A stretch of 62,055 nt of DNA, counting the filler, from Globobulimina sp. (lineage: Eukaryota), in NCBI GenBank assembly GCA_003354225.1. It is 24 parts of 24 records of this genome, joined end to end, with 100 filler letters (N's around TTAATTAATTAA, not from the genome) between each part and the next. Parts side by side here need not be neighbours in the genome. Positions count along the whole stretch, not along the records: positions 33,676 to 36,165 come from PIVH01006367.1; positions 36,266 to 38,755 come from PIVH01006368.1; positions 38,856 to 41,344 come from PIVH01006369.1; positions 41,445 to 43,933 come from PIVH01006370.1; positions 44,034 to 46,522 come from PIVH01006371.1; 19 more parts are not named here. One strand, 5' to 3'. The notes beneath the pieces were generated by a model, which was not told the origin of the DNA, did not search any database, and saw only the letters and a list, made by a program, of their open reading frames with translations. Numbering within the stretch: the first letter of the stretch is position 1; each line of letters begins with the position of its first letter. Made by a program: the position numbers and the translations under genes. Of this stretch, positions 34,712 to 45,446 are shown piece after piece.

Positions 34712-35230
34712 TTGTTTATTGGTGGTGATGGCACAGATTTGATTGAGACACCACATGGTTTCCGACCTAGTAAATGTATTATACGACATGAAGAATCAGT
34801 TGAAATTACAGAATTAAAAGATGGCAGTGGTGTTATGGCCTATTATGCAGAATCACAAACAACAAAATTTGTACCAAACGATCCAGATTGTGTTAAAGAT
34901 GCGGTTCAATTATTTTCGAAAAGAAATAATAATTCATACGGATTACAAGCATGGGAAGATTATGCTTCTTACACATGTCCATCAGGTTTATTTTATATTT
35001 GAACAAAAACAATTAAAACACAGAGATGGGTAACTTTACAATGTAATAAATAAGTTAAATAATGTATAAAAAAAAGGTAATAATTAGCTACCACATGAAT
35101 CCCCAGCTGGTGGTAGGCAATTATTATATTATTTTATTGGTTTCCAGAATAATGGAGATTCCGCAGTCAGTATTATTTAGCCAGTTGTTAATTATGACCT
35201 AAGTGGCCAGTTTCCCAATGGGGTCTACGG
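34712..35230 (+). pseudogene. Multi-exon fragment of a probable secreted protein (TPHG.RP..C / QLLYIFIG.QN / IIQPV-type motifs) with a nonsense codon
   Basis: Exon 34712..34985 is followed by LPHESPAGGRQLLYIFIGFQNNGDSAVSII*PVVNY, with TAG at 35178..35180. Confidence 0.45.
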
Positions 35231-35347
35231 TATGTTGCGAATATGCGTATATTTCTAAATATCATCTATATAAAAATATGACCATGACAGGCCCCATGGA
35301 ATTGTTGTCCGGTATGATTTTTGTAAAATTTTTTTTATTACACCATG

Positions 35348-35711
35348 GTACATAGAAAATTTGATCATATTTAAATATGATCATATGACTACATATATCC
35401 GTACATAGAAATTTTGATCATATTTAAATATGATCATATGACTACATATTGCGCACATATGATATGACTATGGTTTGGTCGAGCGAGTCATCTAACTTAC
35501 TTTTTTTACACTGTGAATTAGACTATGATATGATCAAAATATGTTCTATTTACACGCAAAATATGTGTTTGATCATATTATGATCATATATCATGATCAT
35601 ATTGGTCATATCATGGTCATATTGATCATAGCAAAAAACAAAAAAAAAAAAAAAAATTTTATGGAAAAGTTTTTCCAGTAATATTTGGTCATATTGGTCC
35701 TATTGGTCATA
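35348..35711. repeat. Array of short G(A/G)TCATA / TATGA(T/C)C repeats with a ~50-bp tandem duplication
   Basis: gtacatagaaa(a/t)tttgatcatatttaaatatgatcatatgactacatat occurs twice (35348, 35401). Many gatcatat/ggtcatat units in both orientations. Confidence 0.85.
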
Positions 35712-36090
35712 GCGTCTTCATCTTATCCGATACATCACTGTATTCGTGAAATAATTGTAATTCTGCGACTTTGGCTAATTTAATTAAACTATTTTTCAGT
35801 GCAATTAATGCTAAATTGTTCCATAAAAGTCGTAATTTCTTCAATTGCATAACATTCTGTTCTCTCAACGCGGCTTTTTCTTTTTTGATTAACTGCCTGC
35901 TAAATCGTCTGAGTATGGCTGCATGCGCTTTTTTTGATTTATTTGTCGTTATGACCGTTTCACGTATTTTTAGATCTAATTTGAACGGATCATAATAATG
36001 TAGTTTGCAAATGTCATAAAAATCGATATGATGTGTTTTCCACAGTATTTTGCGGCCTAAATTTCTATATAATTTATAGATTTGGCACAC
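35707..36090 (-). CDS. Hypothetical basic helical protein fragment
   Basis: 127-aa ORF near the contig edge, ending at the repeat array. No recognisable motif. Confidence 0.35.
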   Translation of the reverse strand: MCQIYKLYRNLGRKILWKTHHIDFYDICKLHYYDPFKLDLKIRETVITTNKSKKAHAAILRRFSRQLIKKEKAALREQNVMQLKKLRLLWNNLALIALKNSLIKLAKVAELQLFHEYSDVSDKMKTL

Positions 36091-36529
36091 CGCATTGTCG
36101 AATTTAATACTGACTCCAAAGATTAATCGATGATGTTTTAATGAGAAATTGCAATTTGTGGTGTTNNNNNNNNNNNNNNNNNNNNNNNNNNNNNNNNNNN
36201 NNNNNNNNNTTAATTAATTAANNNNNNNNNNNNNNNNNNNNNNNNNNNNNNNNNNNNNNNNNNNNATATATATATGTCGTTTTATACCAACTCAAACTGT
36301 TTACTATTTTTACTCAACTTAATATTCTGCAGTTTGAGAGTCGGAAGTGAAGTATTCAGTTTTGAACTTTTTAAAAATGACTCACATTTGGAATGACGCC
36401 GTGTGTGACTCTGATATAATCAATCTGCACAACAAGAAATTATGTTATACACCAGCCAGACACGCTGTTAGATACACATTGTAGAAAATTAAGTTTTTAA
36501 ATATAGGAACTATCAACAATAAACATTTT

Positions 36530-37342
36530 TTAAACTTTCTTGATTTTATTTCTTGAATTTAATACGGGTCCAATTAAAGTATCAACACATTCATATTCTA
36601 ATGTACTAAATTCTTGCAGTGCTTTTAATAATTTCCAATCATCATTTAACCACAAACCACAACAAAATATAATTGTTATTACGGAATAAATATCCATTTT
36701 ACCTTTGTTTATGCCATTGTAAACTAAATATATTTGTCCACCCAAATTAATTAAACATGTCAACATATACAATAGATACACAATCTTAAACATTCTTCGA
36801 GTAACGTTTGGATGCTTATTACTCAATGTGGATCGAAATGCTAATGTAAAATCAACAAAAGGGGAACATGCAACACCAAAATAAGCAAACCATACCGCAA
36901 ATGGCATGTAATATTCACAAATGATGAGTAAACCTGCAAATATTGTCAGAACATGATGCGCTAATGTTGACCAATTTAATTTACCATACGTATCAGTCGT
37001 TATTTCCCATAAATAAAATCCAACAAATGTGGCATTAATAGATTTCATGAATGGATCATGCACAGACTTTTCATCCATTTCGACAAAATGATCATAAAAC
37101 AATTGAAAATCATTTCTTACCAGTGCATACGTAGTCATCATCCAAATCAATACATTCCATATTGTTTTAACAAATTGCACTGACCCTCTACTTGTAATCC
37201 TGTAATTTTGGTACAAATCGAATTGTTTTGTCATTCGTTTGGTCATTTCGTATTTATCAGTGCCTTTCAAATCATTCAATTTTGAGGTTGTAAGGTAAGC
37301 CGTTATATTCAATCGAAGGTAAGCCGTTATATTCTGGTCGGT
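36530..37342 (-). CDS. TLC (TRAM/LAG1/CLN8) domain membrane protein, 5' end unclear
   Basis: GFYLWEI...LAHHVL and about 5-6 TM segments. An in-frame 24-nt tandem duplication (NITAYL twice) sits at the 5' end. Confidence 0.7.
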   Translation of the reverse strand, partial: TDQNITAYLRLNITAYLTTSKLNDLKGTDKYEMTKRMTKQFDLYQNYRITSRGSVQFVKTIWNVLIWMMTTYALVRNDFQLFYDHFVEMDEKSVHDPFMKSINATFVGFYLWEITTDTYGKLNWSTLAHHVLTIFAGLLIICEYYMPFAVWFAYFGVACSPFVDFTLAFRSTLSNKHPNVTRRMFKIVYLLYMLTCLINLGGQIYLVYNGINKGKMDIYSVITIIFCCGLWLNDDWKLLKALQEFSTLEYECVDTLIGPVLNSRNKIKKV

Positions 37343-37359
37343 CTGTTAAATTTATTCGA

Positions 37360-38484
37360 ATTAATGTCTCTGTTTTGCTGTATTCGTTTTCCTGTTTGCA
37401 GTTTAGAAACGGTTTTAAAATATATTGTATATGCAGTGGATACGTAACTTGTTGTTGTTGATAACATGAAATATCATCGTCAGTGTCCCAATAATCACTG
37501 TTATCCATTCTATGCACGTGTTGGTATCCGCTGTGTCTCTCCTTTATCATCGATGTTATATCGGTTAATTTGACGCGTTTGGGACAGTCGATAGAGAATA
37601 AAAAAATGGCAGAGTCACATAATACGTTCATTAAATGATGTTTTTGCACCAAATTATGACATAACTCCTTTCGCGTTAATATATGCACAGTGATTTTGTC
37701 CAACGATTTAAGCACGGTCGGATTGGTCATAATTCTATGGGTAAAAATGAAATAATATTTGATAAAGTTGGCAGCAAATACATTTTTGAAGGTTTTATCG
37801 AACATAAGTTCTAAAAACAAGGTAGTTAAGGTTTTGGTGAGCTAATTATCGCAATGCTCATCTGCACGGATTAGATCTTCGAGAAAGTTTTCTTGAATGT
37901 GAACATGGAAGAATTCTAAATCATAACTTGGCAGCCACCGAGGCAATAAATCACTGTATTTTAATGAATAATTACCTATTTTCGTGATGAATATATCGCT
38001 GTCATTGGTATCGTTGGATGTGTTTTGTTTTAATAAATAATATTGTTGGCATCTGATTCGGTCATCTCATCGTCGTTGCTGTCCATAAATATTATTTCTG
38101 GCTCTTCGATTTCTTCGTCCATGTCATTGTGGTTGTTGATAGGTATATTTTTGTCACATTCACTGCTATGTTCTTCTGAATCATATAATGATATATTTGT
38201 CTGTGCGTCTTCTTCGTAACTTTCATTCTCGTCGTCGCGTAATTTGTTCTGTGTACTATGGAATCTACCTCTTTCTCAATGTTTCATCTCCATTCATTGA
38301 TTTGTGTCTTTATTAATTTTAACAGTTTATGCTCTTGCAAGTGATTGATATCATTGTCATTTACAAGCGGATTACGATTAAATCGCTCATTCTCTAATTT
38401 ATATAATATCTCTTGCATCGCTTTGGGAATCGTATATTGCTGCGGTGAAATGAACAAATTTAAGAAATCCGCTTTAAACATCAT
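37360..38484 (-). pseudogene. Disrupted UBR1/2/3-like N-recognin E3 ligase fragment
   Basis: LMFDKTFKNVFAANFIKYY...ITVHILTRKELCHNLV resembles UBR N-recognins. In-frame TAG at 37842..37844, with more stops and frameshifts upstream. Confidence 0.6.
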
Positions 38485-38645
38485 ATAATTACCATTCTCG
38501 TTATAATGTTGCTCGTTATAATTACCATTCTCATTTTCAACATAATCAAAAAATCATTTTGTGTTGTGATTGTGGCTGTGGATTGCCACTCAATTCCTTT
38601 ATCAATTCCTTTTAATCAATTCATTTATTTGAATAAGTTTATTTG

Positions 38646-38716
38646 GGGCCGCCTCAGGCTTTGAACCTGAATCTTCTGGATATATCTATCCAGTGCTCTA
38701 CTTGAGCTAGGCAGGA
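38646..38716 (-). tRNA. Degenerate tRNA-like sequence (pseudo-tRNA or SINE head)
   Basis: TAGCTCAAGTAGAGC D-arm; CTGGA/TCCAG stem with an 8-nt loop; TCAGG-TTCAAAG-CCTGA T-arm; acceptor stem with two mismatches. Confidence 0.65.
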
Positions 38717-38934
38717 GTTTGATGACTGTCCATTGGATTGAGATTGCATTTGCAANNNNNNNNNNNNNNNNNNNNNNNNNNNNNNNNNNNNNNNNNNNNT
38801 TAATTAATTAANNNNNNNNNNNNNNNNNNNNNNNNNNNNNNNNNNNNNNNNNNNNGCCGCCCTCAGGGCCGAATGACCTCCTATATGGCAGCATCTATTA
38901 TTTTGAATAAGTATAAATCTCAGGACAAAAACAC

Positions 38935-39636
38935 CTAGCTATTTCCCTGTTGGATAATAGTTTGTAATATTGCACGTTCATTATTAAAACCGTGTATATG
39001 CAAAGAATTATTTATATGCTTGGGATTCCACCATCTATTCACACATAAAAACATTTTATTTTTATAGGTCACACAGCTACAGATCGAAGGGAATATATTT
39101 TGCAAACTCAACAATTCGTGATTCACATATTCAAATGAGATGTTCTCCGCAGATTTATATTTTAATTCCAATGCAGATTTCCTTAATTTCCCCGTTGATT
39201 GAGCACTTTTGAAATGTGGCCGTAAATCAGGCAAAACCATAATTTTTATGTTTGGACTATATTTAAAAATTCCTAATGCAGTGTCAATTGCGCGCGTAAA
39301 GGGAGAGGCAAAGCAAACATCGATATTATAATTGGAGACAAATTCAGCGTTATCCAGTTTTTTTTGTAATTTAACAATTTGTTTTTCTCCATTTTCTGAA
39401 ATCTGAGGGTCTTTTATATTTGGATCACATTTATTGCCCCAAAAATCAGTTGAAAAATAGGTTGATATGCTTCTTCTTTTTGCGTTTGACTCTGATTGAG
39501 CGTGGCGAATACAATAAAGTATTTTCTCTGATCCTGCGTCTCTGCGTTTGCTAGTTAAATAGTTTGGAGACTCCATGTTTGTATTTGGTTTCTCTTTTTG
39601 TGGGGAACAAGATGTGCCTACAATTGCGTTGCCCAT
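38935..39636 (-). CDS. Histidine phosphatase (phosphoglycerate mutase superfamily); 3' exon structure uncertain
   Basis: YCIRHAQSESN, D..ISENGEKQ, ASPFTRAIDTA. MG start suggests possible myristoylation. Confidence 0.85.
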   Translation of the reverse strand: MGNAIVGTSCSPQKEKPNTNMESPNYLTSKRRDAGSEKILYCIRHAQSESNAKRRSISTYFSTDFWGNKCDPNIKDPQISENGEKQIVKLQKKLDNAEFVSNYNIDVCFASPFTRAIDTALGIFKYSPNIKIMVLPDLRPHFKSAQSTGKLRKSALELKYKSAENISFEYVNHELLSLQNIFPSICSCVTYKNKMFLCVNRWWNPKHINNSLHIHGFNNERAILQTIIQQGNS

Positions 39637-39878
39637 TGTTTCAATACTCACCACTAACAAACTCAAGTTGATAGATAACCCCCCTTCCCATTTATAATAC
39701 GAGTATATACATGCTGTGGAGGTGAGGATTGTCTCTCGGAACTCATCGTTAATGCATGGTATCGAAACTTACCTTACAAAGCGAACACAAACCGGATTAA
39801 AGCGACTACAGTACAACGCACAACAAAAAATCTATGAAATTATCCTAGCACACAATGATTGGTATATACACTGTATTT

Positions 39879-40607
39879 TTATGGGCAATTGGTAGTGATG
39901 GAGGAGATAACCACCGAGAGGTACAATGTGAGTGCAAACCACACAACGGCCATAATGCCCCATATAACACCCCAACACCTTGCATTTGTATTTGTTAATT
40001 CTGCAAATCGAGAGGCATCCGATGAATACACAGTGCGTGAGATTAAATCATCATAAATATCCAAGATAGCAAATAATGAATTCATAGTACCAAAAAATAA
40101 CATAAATATTGCCAACTCCCAATTAAAATCTGTCCATAATTCATCCAAAATAAATATCCCTAAAAAGATCACAATAAACAAAACCAATAACCACCGTATG
40201 GTATTATTTGCAGATTTAAATATCAATACGAAAACCATCACAATTATCATCCAACCGGCTCCAATCCGCACAGTCCATCGACATGAGGCATCGCAGGCGG
40301 CTGCCATTAATATAAAGAAAGCGCCCCAGAATGAAGAACCTAAATAGCCGGCGGGCAATATACAACACATCCAACCGCCTTGCGTTTCTGTCAAACCCCC
40401 TTCGTTATCATCCACCCGGATGCTTCGCACCTTGCCACATGTTATTAGTGCTGCGGTCGCATGACCCAATTCATGCAAAAACACGGTTATCAATTTGAAT
40501 GGTTTCAGTATGATTCTTCTCCATAACACCGTGATTAATATGGCAGACACGATGATTGTGACTATGACACAGATCTGGAAATCATTGCAACATGGCGTGG
40601 TGCCCAT
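39879..40607 (-). CDS. Peptidase M50B-like membrane metalloprotease
   Basis: FLHELGH, GGLT, LPAGYLGS, DIYDD..SDA; multiple TM segments. Confidence 0.9.
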   Translation of the reverse strand: MGTTPCCNDFQICVIVTIIVSAILITVLWRRIILKPFKLITVFLHELGHATAALITCGKVRSIRVDDNEGGLTETQGGWMCCILPAGYLGSSFWGAFFILMAAACDASCRWTVRIGAGWMIIVMVFVLIFKSANNTIRWLLVLFIVIFLGIFILDELWTDFNWELAIFMLFFGTMNSLFAILDIYDDLISRTVYSSDASRFAELTNTNARCWGVIWGIMAVVWFALTLYLSVVISSITTNCP

Positions 40608-40663
40608 GGTTAAATTTAATTTGTTTTGATGATGTTTTTTTTTGATTGTGACTCACTGTGACC

Positions 40664-41291
40664 ATGGAACCTAAGTCAACTGCATTCAAACGTCCCTTGC
40701 CGAAAAGGATGGACACTAAACTAAAATCTGTATTGCAAGAAATATCGACATCATCTGACAAAATAAAGGCGAAAATGAGTCACGTCATACCTGTAATTCA
40801 GACGCAAATGCCGACCAAATTAGAACATGAATTATGTCGAACGTTTAAACAATTTCCAGTCACCTACGATTATGTATGTCCGCGGTTCGATGTTAACGAT
40901 CCCAATGGATATAAACATTTAGAGCAATATGGATATGTCGTGTTTAAAAATATAATTCCAACCAAATTAGAAGTGGATTCTATAAAAAATGAGATGTGGG
41001 ATTGGTTGGAACAATTACCGTTTCCCAATGAGCTTCGCATCGACCGCAACAATCCAGAATCATGGCATGATGGCAATTGGCCTACAGATCCAGATACGGG
41101 CATTGTTTTTTCTTTTGGTGTGGGACAAACTTCATTTATGTGGAAATGTCGATCATTCCCTGGCGTCAAAACTGCATTTGCCAATGTATGGGGCACAAAA
41201 GATTTAATTTCTTCATTCGACGGATGTAATCTATATCGACCATGGAAGTATTATTTGGGATGGAGAACCAAAGGAAAATGGTGGCATTTAG
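40664..41291 (+). CDS. PhyH-like 2OG-Fe(II) dioxygenase, first exon (3'-truncated)
   Basis: LEQYGYVV, GVGQTSFMWKCR, FANVWGTKDLISSFDG, WWHL followed by a gtaaat donor. Confidence 0.8.
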
Positions 41292-41919
41292 GTAAATATA
41301 TTTCCTTTCAGCGTTTTGCTTTTTTTTTTGCAAAAAATGTGAGTNNNNNNNNNNNNNNNNNNNNNNNNNNNNNNNNNNNNNNNNNNNNTTAATTAATTAA
41401 NNNNNNNNNNNNNNNNNNNNNNNNNNNNNNNNNNNNNNNNNNNNGTGTTTGATTGTGTTATGAATGCAATTTGTAATCATTTAATGTTTTCATTTTGTAA
41501 TCCATTTTGGGATTTTGTTCAAAACAGATTGTGTTCCAAGTAAAAAGAAATAAGGAAAATAAGGAAAATAAGAGTGTGTGTGTGTCTTATCTGTGTTTGT
41601 GTGCAATGCGGGTGTGATAACTGCAATGTACTATTATTAGTTTGTGATTTTTGTGATTTGCGATTTTTGTTTTTTTAATCATTACGTACTGTTATTTGTG
41701 TGTATATAATCATTACGTGTCTAGAGGATAATTACTTCGATGTCGTATTGGACATCAAACTCTACTCTCTCTTTTTTGTGTTTTCATATGCATTCTAATT
41801 ACCCTCTAATTTAATTTAATTTGAAAGCCAAAAGTTTCGTGGCTTTTGATTTGATTCGTCAGCAAAAATATTTATAATATCTATCGGAACTCAGCAATAT
41901 TTATCTTGCAAAAACTCTA

Positions 41920-42900
41920 ATGGCACTCAACTCGTATTCTGAGTTACTTTTACAAATAATTTTTTTAGTTTCAGGAGTTGGAAATACAATTGTTATCAGT
42001 TTTTTATCTTACCAGGGAGCATGCAATGCAGTGACATTATTTCCAATATTTGTATCTTATTTGGCCGCCTGTTTTGTTTATTTGCTTCCGGATGACAATA
42101 AAAACAATGATAATATGAATATTAGTTTTAAAAAAGAAATTAAAATATTATTTATTTCATTATATGACATTGTATGTGCTTATACAACCTATCTAGCATT
42201 GATATGGAGCGGCTCATTAATATATCAATTGGTTTATTCATCCATTTTAATTATAACTGCAACATTTCGTCATTTTTTAATTCCGCAAAAACAAATGACA
42301 AAACAACAATGGATTGCTTGTTTAATTGTTTCTTTTGGTTTAGGCATAGTTGGCTTTGGTGGACACAATAACGAACTCACCACAAATGCAATGGCGATAT
42401 TGTGGCCTTTGTTTGCTACCATATTACACGCGTTGCAGTATGTAATCGTCGAAATATTATTGGAGTCAAACAAAAATGAGATAAATTCAAATGAAATCTG
42501 TTATAAAATGGGTTTTTACGGTGTATTATGTATTTCTGTATATATTATAATTTATGTATTGCCAAATTTTAATGAATTATTTATTGATGAGATCATTGAA
42601 AATGAGGGTTCGTTATCTATTGTAATATTTGGATATTGTTGTTATTTATTTACAACATTTAGTCATAGTTGGTCATATTTTAAATTAATACAAATTTCTG
42701 GTGCAGTTTCAACGGGAATTAACCAATCCTTACGTGCAGTATTTGTATTTATTATCTCTGCGATATTTTTTTGTGGTTCACAAAAATCGCAATGTTTTAC
42801 ATTTTTTAAATTATTATCCCTAATTATTGTGGTTCTGGGAGTAGTTCGATATGTTCACATCACAGCAAAAGTTACCTCAAAACCTACCAAAGAATATTGA
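41920..42900 (+). CDS. DMT superfamily (SLC35-like) transporter
   Basis: About 10 TM segments; YQLVYSSILIITA, QQWIACLIV..G.G, QYVIVEILL, SLRAVFVF. Confidence 0.85.
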   Translation: MALNSYSELLLQIIFLVSGVGNTIVISFLSYQGACNAVTLFPIFVSYLAACFVYLLPDDNKNNDNMNISFKKEIKILFISLYDIVCAYTTYLALIWSGSLIYQLVYSSILIITATFRHFLIPQKQMTKQQWIACLIVSFGLGIVGFGGHNNELTTNAMAILWPLFATILHALQYVIVEILLESNKNEINSNEICYKMGFYGVLCISVYIIIYVLPNFNELFIDEIIENEGSLSIVIFGYCCYLFTTFSHSWSYFKLIQISGAVSTGINQSLRAVFVFIISAIFFCGSQKSQCFTFFKLLSLIIVVLGVVRYVHITAKVTSKPTKEY

Positions 42901-42995
42901 CATAATTATAAACAAACAAAATGACTCTGTTTTTTTTTAAAAACATAAATTATAATAATACGTATACAATTAAATATTTATAAATATCATTTTTC

Positions 42996-43650
42996 TTAAT
43001 TTAAACTTGAGAAAGATTCACTCAAATATAAAAGTGCAGTTTTTTGCTTATCATAGGTTTTGTACAACACAATAGCAATAAATACAAGTAGCGTTCCAAT
43101 AATAGCAGCAATAAGCAATGGATACGGCAATATTTGCGCACCAAAACTGGCAAACAATTCTCCAATGATGAAGACAATGATGGAATCACCACCAGAAAAT
43201 CCAGCAGTAAACAAACATGATAATACACCAGAAACAGGTGTCATTTGCTCACACCATTTGAATAGATCTGGAAAAATGCCACTTCCAAATATGCCGCAAA
43301 AAGTATACACTACAAATATTAATGCGATATTTGTATCAAATAAAAGAAATAAAATTAGAAATATATGCATTATCACAAATCCTGTTAGAATTGTTTTTTT
43401 TTGGGTTCAATATTTTTTTTATAGTTTTATCGCCGGACGCAACGGACAGTACAACAGCAACCACAATTCTATAAAATAATTGTCCTCCATAATACGCAGA
43501 AATCATATATCGCGCAATCGAATCATGAATAAATAGATATTGGTTACAATAAGGAACTACAAAATTAACCAAACCACTTTGTGTGGCTGAAAATGATGTC
43601 ATTAGAAATGACTGTAAAAATATCATAATCCACTGGATGTAAAGAAGCTT
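42996..43650 (-). CDS. MFS transporter C-terminal half (FucP/MFSD4-like), frameshift in a homopolymer near 43400
   Basis: GSGIFP..W..PVSG..GG..IIG.L. The two ORFs are offset across A/T runs, and the 5' part is replaced by unrelated sequence. Confidence 0.65.
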
Positions 43651-43651
43651 T

Positions 43652-43933
43652 TTGAGGTGGATTCCAATGATACATGGCCTGCAAGATTGTGAGGTGGATT
43701 CCAATGATACATGGCCTGCGATCCCATGCACAGAATATCCCGCTGATATACTACCACAACAAGATTCATTTTCAAGTTGGTATTATTTTGATAATGTTAA
43801 AGTATACTATGCAGAAAATACTACTCCGCCAGATGAAGATGCTGTGTTATGTGTACCATTAGTGCAGTTTTGTTTAATTGAGCCGTTGATAATGCCAACT
43901 GCTGCACCTACAGCATACCCCACACCACAACCA
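43652..43933 (+). CDS. Extracellular-type protein fragment ending in PTxxPT repeats
   Basis: PTAAPTAYPTPQP; begins with a 30-nt direct repeat. Confidence 0.45.
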
Positions 43934-44033
43934 NNNNNNNNNNNNNNNNNNNNNNNNNNNNNNNNNNNNNNNNNNNNTTAATTAATTAANNNNNNNNNNN
44001 NNNNNNNNNNNNNNNNNNNNNNNNNNNNNNNNN

Positions 44034-44329
44034 TATTTGGCGTAGACAGTGATACTTACAGTATGTTAGCGATCATATTGCTCGTTCTATTTTTTATAAT
44101 GCAAATTGTATTTATTATACGGGCTATTTATGCGCGGAAATATGAAAATAAAAAATTGGATTTTGATAGATGGGATTATACCAATTTTGGATATGACGAT
44201 GATGACTATCCAACTATGTCGCAAGCGAAAGGAGGGTGCGATCAATACACAGCTGATAGGATCAAGGAATATGAATGGGGTAAAAATATGAATGATCGAA
44301 ACGTTTTTGTCAAAACCTTTAATAAATAA
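44034..44329 (+). CDS. Membrane protein C-terminal fragment
   Basis: One TM segment followed by a polar tail. Confidence 0.5.
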
Positions 44330-44560
44330 CTTTTTCTGTTTGTTTATGATGTAGCTTTTTTTATTTGTATTTGTTTTGGAATTTGGATATATTAATTATA
44401 TTTTTTGGTTGAAAAAAATGAAATCGTCTAGTTACAAATTTAAATTCAAAAACTTTTTTTTTAAGCTAGTAAAGTAATCGACGAGTGCAAGGATAGCAAA
44501 ATGAAGTAGCAAGATTAGAGACGTAAATCAATACAATTTTACAGGATAATAATCATAATA

Positions 44561-45043
44561 TTACCAACTAAAACCATGCCTTTTGTCTGCTTGAAATCCA
44601 GTATGTGTCTGGCCATATTGATGTCTATATGGACCATATGGTTGCAGAGAGAATAATTCTTTACGTTCTTTGCGTTGATAATACATGGCACCAATGAATA
44701 TGGAAGCAATTGCCGTTCCTTGTGTCCATATTCTATATTCTAAATATTTAATGGCCATGTAAGCGTGTCCAGTTTGTAACGCATTCAATCCGGCAAATAT
44801 ACAATATCCAATACATGGCGCTAATAGATAGGGCACTGGATTTTGTTTAAATTTACTCCACGCTCTATCCACTGTTGAACGTCTTTCTCTGATAGTTTCA
44901 AATCTGCGTATTTCATCCTCTTCCATTCTGTCCCATTCGCGCAATTCCTTCCATGTGGTTGGTCGTGATTGCGGTGATTCCATGCCTTCATCTTCAATTT
45001 CCTCAAAATCTCCAAGATTTAAATCATTGTCTATAGACGACAT
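44561..45043 (-). CDS. HIG1 (hypoxia-induced/Rcf1-like) domain protein
   Basis: KFKQNPVPY..AGL..G....YLEYRIWTQG with 2 TM segments. Confidence 0.8.
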   Translation of the reverse strand: MSSIDNDLNLGDFEEIEDEGMESPQSRPTTWKELREWDRMEEDEIRRFETIRERRSTVDRAWSKFKQNPVPYLLAPCIGYCIFAGLNALQTGHAYMAIKYLEYRIWTQGTAIASIFIGAMYYQRKERKELFSLQPYGPYRHQYGQTHTGFQADKRHGFSW

Positions 45044-45446
45044 GCTCTCGGCTCTCCAGAAACGCCTAAAATCAACTGGTGACCTACTCAAATTAGACTA
45101 GTCAAATCAGAATCTGTTTGCGCTACCAATTGATATGCAGCACGCTTCTCTGCTCCTGAAATCCGACAAATGTTTTGTATCTTACATATTAAATTAATTC
45201 ATCTGATCTGACCACGTGGATCTGACCGATATTGTATAATCATAAGAAACACAATAATAGGATTATACAACTGAACCGATGCCGTTTCTATAAATCAACG
45301 TACACCAAATTCAAGATCATTTGAACATATCCAGAACGGCATTGACAAGTTTCAAATTGAAAAAAAAGTGAATATCGAGAAACATAAAATCAAAATACAA
45401 ACGTATATATAAACGTTAACACACAATGTCATACAAACTATGTAAA

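Noticed and set aside
36530-37820. UBR-like/TLC fusion or programmed frameshift
   Set aside because: The UBR part is disrupted by stops, the frames differ, and the duplication at the junction is in frame. A decayed neighbour or a chimera is simpler.
43652-43719. 30-nt direct repeat resembling a CRISPR repeat
   Set aside because: Only two copies with a gap under 10 nt, no cas genes, and it lies at a probable chimeric junction in eukaryotic DNA.
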